DNA of 57,989 nucleotides from a virus (taxonomy: Duplodnaviria; Caudoviricetes). The stretch is taken from the IMG/VR virus record IMGVR_UViG_3300012922_000008, positions 1 to 57,989 of that record, one strand, 5' to 3'. Below, in pieces: positions 17,926 to 26,896 of the stretch. Under the pieces are notes generated by a model. The model had not been told where the DNA came from, did no database searches, and worked only from the letters and a program-made list of their open reading frames with translations. Position 1 is the first letter of the stretch, and each line of letters opens with the position of its first letter. Made by a program: the position numbers and the translations under genes.

Positions 17926-18366
17926 GTGGGCTTTGATATATCTAGTTTAATTGGTGGTTCAATTGGAGATGCCTTCGCTAAGATAGTTGGTGTCTTTAAA
18001 GTCTCGCCGGAGAAAGTCCTTGAGTCTCAGACTGAATTAGAAAAGATTCGCCTGCAACTTGAAAGCCAACTAGTTCAGCAAGTAACTGCTCAAATTGAAG
18101 TTGATAAGCAGGAAGCGGTTAATTCAAGTATCTTTGTGGCTGGCTGGCGACCCTTTATTGGGTGGATTTGCGGTTCTGGTCTAGCCTGTCAGTTCATTAT
18201 AGGTCCAATTTTCACTTGGATTTCCACTCTCATTCATCGCCCTACTCCCTTCCCTACCCTTGACCTTGGGACCTTAATGACCTTACTTCTTGGAATGTTG
18301 GGACTTGGTGGTATGCGAACTTATGAAAAGGTTAATGGAGCTGTTGGTGCAGGTAAATTACAGTAA
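17926..18366 (+). CDS. Holin (GTA-type 3TM family)
   Basis: FVAGWRPFIGW and LLLGMLGLGGMRTYEK signatures; next to the endolysin. Confidence 0.88.
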   Translation: MGFDISSLIGGSIGDAFAKIVGVFKVSPEKVLESQTELEKIRLQLESQLVQQVTAQIEVDKQEAVNSSIFVAGWRPFIGWICGSGLACQFIIGPIFTWISTLIHRPTPFPTLDLGTLMTLLLGMLGLGGMRTYEKVNGAVGAGKLQ

Positions 18367-18379
18367 TCTAAATTACACA

Positions 18380-18431
18380 TACCCCTTACAAAGTGCGGCT
18401 ATCATGCAGCAACTTGAAGGGGTATTTTTTT
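18380..18431 (+). terminator. Probable intrinsic terminator after the lysis cassette
   Basis: TACCCCTT...AAGGGGTA followed by a T run. Confidence 0.6.
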
Positions 18432-18445
18432 CGGAGACCATCTAA

Positions 18446-19636
18446 GTGGCTTATACACAATTCCCACAGGTTCAGGATATCTTGAACGGAGTCTCTCAGG
18501 ACATCCACTCGCAGTTGTCTGCGACAACGAATCCTGGGGTTAATATTCTTATTGATTACACGAATCGTGTACATAAGCAGGTATTGAGGTTTAGTAGGTG
18601 GACATTCCTATCAAGTGACTTTCTGTATTTCCTAACCGACCGGGGTCAAAGTAAGTACTGGCTTGGACAGGCCCAAGACCAACCACCTGGAACAGTGGAT
18701 ACTGGGCTTCACCTAACAGATGTAGATAAGCTTAACAAACAAGAAATCTGGGATATTACTAACCTCCGGCAATTGAAGTGGTTATCATCCCCGCCTATTG
18801 GACCTAATCTTATTACCCAGACTGGGGTTCAAAGGCCGGGACTACCATCGAATTTTATTCAGAATCCAAATAATCCGTTCATTCTTGAAATCTATCCGGC
18901 TCCTGATAACCAGAATACAAACCAATTATACCCTCAAACTCCCGTAATGACGACTACACCTGGTGGAGCTTTAACTGGGCGTACGTACATAGTTAAGGTT
19001 ACTTTCACCGACCAACTCGGTGGAGAGAGTGTAGCTTCTAGCAACATTATTGCAAACACCTCAGCAGGGGGTCAGCTATTCATTCCTGCAAATAGACTTG
19101 CTGTTATTAAGAGTCCAGTGGTTCCTATTCCAGCTTCTACTTCTGGAGAGTTATATAACGGCTATAACGTGTACGCTTCAGTCGCCAACTTGGTTAATGG
19201 AGTAGTTACTAACGAAGGCTCAGAGACTCTTCAGAACGTTACTCCTATTGCTATTGGGACAGACTTCATTGAGCCTACTACAGGGCTAACAACTACGGGC
19301 CGCATCCCTCCAATTGTCAATACTCTTCAGCCTCTTGGGGCTTATATTATCCGGTTTAAGTATTTTAAGAATCGAATCAACTTACTTGACCCCAATGACT
19401 TCTTACAAGTCCCAGATGACTATAAAGACGTAGTAATTAATGGGGTCAATGGGTTTGCTTTTAAACTTCTCGGTAAGAACGAAGAAGCTCAACACTCATA
19501 TCAATTATACCGCGCAGGACTAACTGAAATGGTTTGGGATAAGAACTTATTTCCTGAAGGTGTTAATTTTATTAGACCAGATGCGGGGTCCTATATCAAT
19601 CAGCAGATACTAGGCTTCCTCCCACCCCTGATATAA
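18446..19636 (+). CDS. Putative head-tail adaptor (tail tubular A-like) with inserted Fn3-like module
   Basis: 'RWTFL', 'EIYPAPD', 'QVPDDYKDVV' adaptor-like motifs; precedes the large tail protein. Confidence 0.6.
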   Translation: MAYTQFPQVQDILNGVSQDIHSQLSATTNPGVNILIDYTNRVHKQVLRFSRWTFLSSDFLYFLTDRGQSKYWLGQAQDQPPGTVDTGLHLTDVDKLNKQEIWDITNLRQLKWLSSPPIGPNLITQTGVQRPGLPSNFIQNPNNPFILEIYPAPDNQNTNQLYPQTPVMTTTPGGALTGRTYIVKVTFTDQLGGESVASSNIIANTSAGGQLFIPANRLAVIKSPVVPIPASTSGELYNGYNVYASVANLVNGVVTNEGSETLQNVTPIAIGTDFIEPTTGLTTTGRIPPIVNTLQPLGAYIIRFKYFKNRINLLDPNDFLQVPDDYKDVVINGVNGFAFKLLGKNEEAQHSYQLYRAGLTEMVWDKNLFPEGVNFIRPDAGSYINQQILGFLPPLI

Positions 19637-19637
19637 C

Positions 19638-22600
19638 ATGCCAGAGTTTAGAACAACTCCACAAAAGATTGAAGACAATCAGCTCTACCGCTACTATCGA
19701 AACCAATGGTTACTAGCAGGGACTGATAACTTCACGCAACCTCCTGCTCAAAATCAGGACATGTTTGAGCAGTTGCTTAACATTCTTCCTCCGGCTACAA
19801 ACACACTTAAGCGTCGTTATGGATATCGAAACTTCTTTCCTAAACTAGACCTAGGTGGAGTCACTGGAGACGAGAACGTTCAAGCTCCCCCTACTACTCC
19901 AGTAGCTACAATTAAAGCACGAAACCTTTATTCATATGAAAATCATACATTTAATGAACGTACTATCATTGGAACCTCCGGTGATGGTACTGGGGCTAAC
20001 TCATTAACAAACAATGTAAACTACTGGGATGTTTCGGGGAACTCTGTCTCAATATTCACTCCAACTGTAGGTGCAGGTAATCCCCGTGCGGTTAATGCGC
20101 GAGACTATGAGTACTTTGTAGATGGGATAGCCGGAGACCAAAAAGCTTGGAACATCATTGGAGGTCTATCAAAATGGGGAATAGTTGCCCCTACAGTTGC
20201 TCCCAGTATTGCAGCGACATCTAATGTGACCGCAACTTGGTCAGCTAATACAATCTTCAGTACAACGGGAATCCAAGTTGATTCCAATAATAACATAGAA
20301 CAATTAGTTAGTGTTAATGCCTTAGGAACTAATGCTAATGCAACCTTAGGTACAACTGGTACTGGACAGCCTACCTGGAATCAAACTCCGGGCGGTAATA
20401 CTACCGACGGCGGAGTTACTTGGAATAATAGAACCCCTATCGGCCTGTGGTTTCCGAATAAGCCCTATTCAAACATCAATCCTGGCGGAACTGCCGGTTC
20501 CCCGGCAATGATATATGACCCCACCTCTAATGCTTTATATCAAGTAGTTAGTGACGGTCCGTCTAGTAGTGCAAGTCGCCCTCCCTTTACTGCAACTAAT
20601 GGATGGCATTTTACTGAAAGTACTGGACTACAATGGTACTTTATCGGTGCATCCCATCCATCTGGACAACAGTGGACTCCAAGCACCTTTTATCCCCACG
20701 GTGGAGGTCAGATTCAAGATACCTCCAATGGGATGATTACTGAACCTGTCTCAGTTGCTAAAGCTTACAATAGTACCTTAAATATATTCAATCAACCCGT
20801 ATATGTTCAATGGGTAACAACTGCCGGAACTTCTGCTGCTAGCTACGCAACTCCCGCTTGGCAGTCGTACATATCTTCTACTCAACCAGTTTATGTTTAT
20901 GACAATCAATTAATCTGGTTAAACTTAGGTACTGCAAACTGGACTGCCGCAACTGCTGTTCGACCCTGGGCGTCAGGTTCTACTAACTTCACAGCAATCA
21001 AAGATAGCAATGGGAATATTCAGGTTTGTATCGTAGGTGGAACCACTTCAGGTAGTGCTCCTACTTGGTCCACTACTTATGGTGGTCAAACTCCTGACGG
21101 TAGTACAGTGGTCTGGACGTGTGTAAAAGTTAGCCTTAGTTGGGCTGCAAGTACGCAATGGTTCCTACCTACTTCCGGCTTTACGGCTCCTTTAACAACC
21201 TCAGCCTTTGGTGGCTCAACAATTATTGATTCAAACAATAATATTGAAACCGTTATTAATTCCGGTAAGTCGGGTGGAACAGCTCCAGCTTGGAATGCAG
21301 TAAATAATACAACCACAGATGGTACTATCACTTGGTTTGATATTCAAGCCGCAGGTGCTCTTGGGTCTGGACAAGTTACTTTAATTACTCCAGTTGGCCG
21401 ACGTTATTATATAGTATATCTTAATAGCGCCAAACAAAACTTCAGTGATATTAGCCCCGCAAGCGTTTCAACTGGCCCCCTAACCAATGGGGAAGTCTTC
21501 ATTTTCAACATCCCTATCTCCCCGGACCCTCAAGTAGACCAGAAAGTTATCCTTGCTACTGCGGACGGCGGAGACCCGACTATCTTATACTTCTTAGGTC
21601 AAATACCAAACACAACTACTTCATTTGTCGATAATGTCACAAATCAAACCCTAATCTTAAGCAACATATACGCCCAACTCGATGTAAACGGAAATCAGAT
21701 TGGGGTATTTGCAAATCAACCACCACCAAATGGGTCCTTCCCTATTTTACATAAGGGACGTGTCTATATGATTGTGGGTACGCAACTTATTTTCTCTAAG
21801 AGCCTTGCGGAGGTTTCCACTTCAACTGGTATAGTTGCTGGACGATTTGAGGAGGACTTTCCTCCTACTTATGCAATTGATTTCTCACCGGGGGCTGAGA
21901 ATGGTAAAGGATTGCTTAGTGATGGATATGCTTTATACATTGGTACTGAAAAACACATCCGCCGTCTATTAGGTGATAGCCCACTTAACTTTCAACAGCC
22001 AAACGTTATCTTTTCTGAAACCGGATTGATGACTCAAAATGTGTGGAAGATTGTGTTCTTAGAAGGAACTCCTATTGGTACAATGTGGGTTACTCCAGAC
22101 TTTCGAGTTATTGGGAGTGACTTCAATACCTACAATGATGTTGGAACAGCGATTCAATCAACTCTAAATACAATCAACCCTGCCGCAGTAGATAACTGTT
22201 GGGCAGAAAGTATAACATACGGACCATATAATTTTTACGTTTTAACGATTGCAACAGGTAACAATACCAATCCTGATACAGTTTGCGTGTACGACCTACA
22301 TCTTAGAAAGTGGTACATTTGGCAGTTCGTGGATTCATTTATCAGCGGTATATTCTATATTAATATTGCAGGTATTCCCCGTTGGCTAGTAGTTGACTCA
22401 AGTGGATTTGTAAGATTTATCGACCCCACTCTGCTCATGGACAGACAACTATCAACTGAAACTGCTGTTGGTATTACAAACACAATTAGAACTGTTTGGT
22501 TAGAACTGGGAGATGCTTCACTTCGTAAAACAATGAACGAAGTGGAACTAGCAACTAGCAATACATCTACTTTAATAACTATTGAAGGAGCATCAACTGA

Positions 22601-22814
22601 ACAAGACTTCTTCTCCCCCAATGTGGTTATTTCCAATCAACCATTAGTGCCTAATATTTTTGGACAGTTAAAGACTTTTACTTCTGGCTTTCCGGCTATC
22701 TATAGGTATTACAGATTCACTTTCACAAGTACATCATCTCTTGCATTAAGTTCAATTAGTGATGTTATTCTTGGATACTTTGCTGTGGAAGTACTTCCTC
22801 TTAATAGAATTTAA
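19638..22814 (+). CDS. Tail nozzle/stabilisation-like protein with Trp-rich repeat insert
   Basis: N-terminal 'LKRRYG'; C-terminal propeller-like region ('HKGRVY', 'VYDLHLRKW'); central repeats PxW...TTDG.VTW. Confidence 0.65.
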   Translation: MPEFRTTPQKIEDNQLYRYYRNQWLLAGTDNFTQPPAQNQDMFEQLLNILPPATNTLKRRYGYRNFFPKLDLGGVTGDENVQAPPTTPVATIKARNLYSYENHTFNERTIIGTSGDGTGANSLTNNVNYWDVSGNSVSIFTPTVGAGNPRAVNARDYEYFVDGIAGDQKAWNIIGGLSKWGIVAPTVAPSIAATSNVTATWSANTIFSTTGIQVDSNNNIEQLVSVNALGTNANATLGTTGTGQPTWNQTPGGNTTDGGVTWNNRTPIGLWFPNKPYSNINPGGTAGSPAMIYDPTSNALYQVVSDGPSSSASRPPFTATNGWHFTESTGLQWYFIGASHPSGQQWTPSTFYPHGGGQIQDTSNGMITEPVSVAKAYNSTLNIFNQPVYVQWVTTAGTSAASYATPAWQSYISSTQPVYVYDNQLIWLNLGTANWTAATAVRPWASGSTNFTAIKDSNGNIQVCIVGGTTSGSAPTWSTTYGGQTPDGSTVVWTCVKVSLSWAASTQWFLPTSGFTAPLTTSAFGGSTIIDSNNNIETVINSGKSGGTAPAWNAVNNTTTDGTITWFDIQAAGALGSGQVTLITPVGRRYYIVYLNSAKQNFSDISPASVSTGPLTNGEVFIFNIPISPDPQVDQKVILATADGGDPTILYFLGQIPNTTTSFVDNVTNQTLILSNIYAQLDVNGNQIGVFANQPPPNGSFPILHKGRVYMIVGTQLIFSKSLAEVSTSTGIVAGRFEEDFPPTYAIDFSPGAENGKGLLSDGYALYIGTEKHIRRLLGDSPLNFQQPNVIFSETGLMTQNVWKIVFLEGTPIGTMWVTPDFRVIGSDFNTYNDVGTAIQSTLNTINPAAVDNCWAESITYGPYNFYVLTIATGNNTNPDTVCVYDLHLRKWYIWQFVDSFISGIFYINIAGIPRWLVVDSSGFVRFIDPTLLMDRQLSTETAVGITNTIRTVWLELGDASLRKTMNEVELATSNTSTLITIEGASTEQDFFSPNVVISNQPLVPNIFGQLKTFTSGFPAIYRYYRFTFTSTSSLALSSISDVILGYFAVEVLPLNRI

Positions 22815-22815
22815 T

Positions 22816-24366
22816 ATGCCTCTACGAATCACAAACTCAACTACTGACGTAGCGTCCATTAATAGATGGGCTGAAGATGTTGAAAGTAGACTTGGAGCTA
22901 CAAGTAAACAATCCAATCACGCGGTAACAGCGATTAAACAAATTCTTGCTACTCCTCCTGCTGTGGCAACTTCAATAACTGATGGCCTTACTCACGGCGA
23001 CGCAGTTTGGGAGCACGACTCTGCTTATGTAGAGTTACGCGATGATTTTACTCCTTACTATGGTACGTATGGCGTTGTTGCTGGTTCTCTTAGTTTTGGA
23101 CAATTGGGGTGGAGTCTTGTGGGGCAATTTCCCTCCGCAGTTCAGAGCGGTGGTGCTCCTCCGTATATTGGTCAAGCAGCCTGGGACCAGAATAGCGTGG
23201 TGAATACCTTCGGTGCCATTCTTTTGAACGATATGTATACCCAAGGAACTCAGCCTATAACGAACGTAAACCAAAATTCATTCGCATTGCTTGAAAATCC
23301 AGGATGGAAACTAACATGGATTTTTAAATGGGACGGGGCTACAGCCAGTGTCGGCGGTTTTGATGCTACTAAAAAATCCTGCTATGTGGGTTTGTCGGGG
23401 AGTACTGTAAATAATATAGTTGGCTCTGTATCTGCACGACCTGATGTATTTATCGGGCTGCGTTATGATACAAGTATAACACCCGGCGCATTAACTTTAA
23501 CGTCTGTTGATAACGGAACACCCGGCGGTGCTCAATACCACGGAACTATAACTGGCGGAGTAAATGGTTCGTACATAGGTTTAACCTTTGTGGTTACTGG
23601 TTTTACAAACGCACTCAACAACGGTACTTTTGTTTGTACACAAAGCACTGGTACAATTCTAACATTACAAAATACTATTGCAGTTTCAGAAACTCACGCC
23701 GCAACGGCAACGGCCTCCGGACCAAATGATTCCTTCTTCACCTTTGAGGCTGTTCTTAACCAGCAGTATGCGACAGGTGCAAGACACAACGCCCAAGGCC
23801 AAACGCTCGTCACATCGGTAGCTCCCGCGATGGGTGTATGGCACCGCTTGGATATTACATGTAAAGCCGTCGGTGTTGTGGTAATGACGCTAGATGGTTC
23901 TGGAACAAATACATTTACTGTCACTGTTCCCACAATGTTGGTAAATATGAATAGCGGGCAAGCCTCCCGCAATAAAAATGAGGGGAGAGTATCTGTAGGC
24001 CCTATTGGGACATCCGGTAGTCACAGCTATATGCCATTTACTAGTGGAAGTGTTGTTGGTATAGGTGGCCTTACTGCCCCAAATGCGTCATTGAACGGCA
24101 GTTGGACAATCTTTAATGGCGATGGTGTAACTGTACGATTTGACTCTCCAGGCATAGATATAGGAAATAATACCCCATTTCCTGACGGCATTCTTGTTGG
24201 CTATCCAAGTTTGATGCCTGTAGCTATATTCGGCAATGACGACTCAGCCGCGCCTGTGAATGAACAAACTCAATTTTCTGTTGATTACTTTTCGTTCGTT
24301 TGGAATCCAAATCTCAGCTCTAGCGCTCCAGGAACACCAGATAAGACCAAACCAAGATACTGGTAA
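22816..24366 (+). CDS. Putative tail/receptor-binding protein
   Basis: ATG at 22816; 'LRDDF', 'VWHRLDI', 'VDYF' lectin-like motifs; beta-rich. Confidence 0.55.
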   Translation: MPLRITNSTTDVASINRWAEDVESRLGATSKQSNHAVTAIKQILATPPAVATSITDGLTHGDAVWEHDSAYVELRDDFTPYYGTYGVVAGSLSFGQLGWSLVGQFPSAVQSGGAPPYIGQAAWDQNSVVNTFGAILLNDMYTQGTQPITNVNQNSFALLENPGWKLTWIFKWDGATASVGGFDATKKSCYVGLSGSTVNNIVGSVSARPDVFIGLRYDTSITPGALTLTSVDNGTPGGAQYHGTITGGVNGSYIGLTFVVTGFTNALNNGTFVCTQSTGTILTLQNTIAVSETHAATATASGPNDSFFTFEAVLNQQYATGARHNAQGQTLVTSVAPAMGVWHRLDITCKAVGVVVMTLDGSGTNTFTVTVPTMLVNMNSGQASRNKNEGRVSVGPIGTSGSHSYMPFTSGSVVGIGGLTAPNASLNGSWTIFNGDGVTVRFDSPGIDIGNNTPFPDGILVGYPSLMPVAIFGNDDSAAPVNEQTQFSVDYFSFVWNPNLSSSAPGTPDKTKPRYW

Positions 24367-24369
24367 CTT

Positions 24370-24582
24370 ATGCCTATTGATAATGATAAAATATACGACA
24401 AGCTAATGATATTTCATTCCGAGTTTACAGAGTTTCGCGGCGACATGAAGGCCCGTGTTGCTCATGTAGAAAAGGAAATTGAGTCAGCAAGAACATGGGA
24501 GAATGTTAAGATATTCTGTATCTTACCTGTAACTGCTGGTTTACATAGCCTTGCTTCAAGACTAGGACTTCTAAAAGGATAA
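24370..24582 (+). CDS. Small coiled-coil/membrane-anchored protein
   Basis: Coil followed by a hydrophobic C-terminal segment. Confidence 0.5.
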   Translation: MPIDNDKIYDKLMIFHSEFTEFRGDMKARVAHVEKEIESARTWENVKIFCILPVTAGLHSLASRLGLLKG

Positions 24583-24585
24583 CCT

Positions 24586-24798
24586 ATGTTTATCGACCCC
24601 TCAATGGGTGGAAGGGTATATAATCCTTGGTTCTCGCAATCTAATATTCTTCAACGATTTGGGGAATCAAATCCGGCAAAATCGCCAAGTCCTCAATCTC
24701 AAGCTCTAACTAATGGTGGTACTAACTACCGTTTCTTTGGAGCTTCTCAGCAGCAACAATCTCCACAAGCACATCAAGTATTTAGAAGTTTCTTTTAA
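24586..24798 (+). CDS. Hypothetical Q/S-rich protein
   Basis: AAGGA RBS; co-linear with the operon. Confidence 0.5.
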   Translation: MFIDPSMGGRVYNPWFSQSNILQRFGESNPAKSPSPQSQALTNGGTNYRFFGASQQQQSPQAHQVFRSFF

Positions 24799-24809
24799 AA
24801 GAGGGATAT

Positions 24810-25157
24810 ATGAATCGTGTTAGACTAGCTACAACAGAGGAAGTTGAATCTATTAAAGATAAAAGCGATTTGGACCAGGGGGATGTAGTGTTTGCCCTTG
24901 ATACTCAAAAGGGAGTAGGACTAGCAGTACGGCGTATCTGTACTGAAATTGACCCAATGTTTCCTGGAGTTGAGTGGGATACTCGACTTAGAGCGATGTT
25001 TACAAGGGACTTGGAAACAGTTTTATTTGCTCAAGGCGGCACACATTATTACTTTAATGTTTTAGCTTCTGACGAAGAATGGCAACACGTAGTAGAGACT
25101 TGGGGAGCTACAAAGGTTTCAACTGCTCCGGTCATACGGTACAAACGAGTTTTATAG
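24810..25157 (+). CDS. Hypothetical protein
   Basis: GAGG RBS; precedes the internal virion genes. Confidence 0.55.
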   Translation: MNRVRLATTEEVESIKDKSDLDQGDVVFALDTQKGVGLAVRRICTEIDPMFPGVEWDTRLRAMFTRDLETVLFAQGGTHYYFNVLASDEEWQHVVETWGATKVSTAPVIRYKRVL

Positions 25158-25775
25158 GTGATTACATTGTCCACGCAAAATAAACAAACTTCCACAAACC
25201 AATACGACCCTCAGAGTATGGGTGTGTTTGGCGGTTTGAATAAGACTTTTGGCTCCGCTATTCAAGATGAAATTCAGAATCCATACAGTAGCATGTTCTT
25301 TAATCAACAGCTTGGTATGGGTAATCAGGCAATGCAAACTCAAGCTGCCTCAGGCAATCAAGCGATGCTTCAGCGAGCCCAAGCCTTAGGGATTAGTCCA
25401 AGTTCTCCGTTATTTGCCTCAATGATGTCCCAACAGCAACGTGGGAATCAAAGTAATCAAAGCAATATGTTTAATAATCTTCTCTTACAAGCTGGTCAAC
25501 TTCGGCAAGGCGCTATTGGTCAAGCTGGTGCATATCGTCCACTTCAAACGGGTCAGTCTCAAGTTCAAACTCAAAGTGGTCTAGGGACGTGGCTGCCTCA
25601 ACTAGCTGGTGCTGCTTTAGGCGTGGGCATGGGGGCTGCCACAGGTGGAATGTCCAAAATGGGTGGTGGGGGACCATTTGGAGGTAGTGCTCCTGGATTA
25701 TACGGTTCAGGTGGAGGTTTCTCAGAACTACCTATGTCCCCAGACGCTATGAGCGGAAACCCCTTCCTTCGCTAA
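25158..25775 (+). CDS. Putative internal virion (ejection) protein
   Basis: Q/G/M-rich with a C-terminal glycine-zipper segment. Confidence 0.6.
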   Translation: MITLSTQNKQTSTNQYDPQSMGVFGGLNKTFGSAIQDEIQNPYSSMFFNQQLGMGNQAMQTQAASGNQAMLQRAQALGISPSSPLFASMMSQQQRGNQSNQSNMFNNLLLQAGQLRQGAIGQAGAYRPLQTGQSQVQTQSGLGTWLPQLAGAALGVGMGAATGGMSKMGGGGPFGGSAPGLYGSGGGFSELPMSPDAMSGNPFLR

Positions 25776-25784
25776 GGACTAAAG

Positions 25785-26888
25785 ATGCCATTCAACAATA
25801 ATCAAGACTTTAGTTCTCAATTAGATACAATGCTCGCGCCTTATCAAAGCGCGATGCAAAGACTTCAACAGCCTTATCCAATGCTTGGAAGGATGGGCGG
25901 TTCTTTAGGTCAGAACCATCCCCTCCTTGCAGGAGCATTGAATCAAGGACTTGAAGCTGCTGCTTTTACTCCCGGCCCTCAAGGTCCTGAAGGAGTAGGT
26001 GGGGGTATTAGCCGAGCCTTACAAGGCGTCCTTGGAGCATCACAGTTTGACCGTCAACGTATGTTGCAGTCAGCGATGCTTCCCTATCAAATGCTTCAGC
26101 CTCGTTTGCAGGCTGAAGATACTCTCGCTCAGATTAAAGAGCGTGGACAACAGGGTGACTATCTAGCTGCTCATGCAAAGTATCTCGGTGAAATGACTGA
26201 CCTTAAAGGTCAAGACTTAGATATTAAACAACAACGAGCAGACCAGGCTAAGTATGGACGACTGCTAAGCTCACCTGAAGAACGCTTTGCTTATGCTCGA
26301 CATCCCTTTAAAGACCCTCAAAATCCAACTGATGACGAATTAGGAGCAGTTCAAAGGGAATACGAAAGTATTAAGTCTAAAACTCAACATACTCCTATGG
26401 GTTCTTATGAAGAACAAATAGAGAATATGCGCTTAAACCCCGACCCTGCCATTAAAGCTGAAGGCGAACGTCGGTGGCAAGACCATCTTAATACTCTTAA
26501 TGTAGCGGCAGGAGGTCAAGCAGGCGCTAGAAAAGAAGCTGACCAGCCGTATGAAATTACTCAACGAGTTCGTGCTGAAGAACAAAAAACAATTCTTGAT
26601 GACCTACCACGTAAGATTAATACTACAATGGAAGCTTATGCTAACATAGCTCCTAACTCCCCTGCATATAAAAAGTATGTCGCAGAACGTGACGCTAGAG
26701 AAGAAGAACGTAAGCAGCGTATAAATGATTTTGCTAACTATTTAAGAACAGACGCCCCTAATTATCACGAATATGCAGCTAACAGAGTTGCCTATCCTCG
26801 CAGGGGCGATAGTCGCGGTATGCCTTCAGGTGACAACAGACCAACCACTCCAAGTGACAGTGGTTCCACCTGGACGCCGAAAAAATAA
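25785..26888 (+). CDS. Putative internal virion (ejection) protein
   Basis: Gly-rich N-terminus, helical charged body; second of three consecutive ejection-like genes. Confidence 0.6.
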   Translation: MPFNNNQDFSSQLDTMLAPYQSAMQRLQQPYPMLGRMGGSLGQNHPLLAGALNQGLEAAAFTPGPQGPEGVGGGISRALQGVLGASQFDRQRMLQSAMLPYQMLQPRLQAEDTLAQIKERGQQGDYLAAHAKYLGEMTDLKGQDLDIKQQRADQAKYGRLLSSPEERFAYARHPFKDPQNPTDDELGAVQREYESIKSKTQHTPMGSYEEQIENMRLNPDPAIKAEGERRWQDHLNTLNVAAGGQAGARKEADQPYEITQRVRAEEQKTILDDLPRKINTTMEAYANIAPNSPAYKKYVAERDAREEERKQRINDFANYLRTDAPNYHEYAANRVAYPRRGDSRGMPSGDNRPTTPSDSGSTWTPKK

Positions 26889-26896
26889 GAGGCTTC

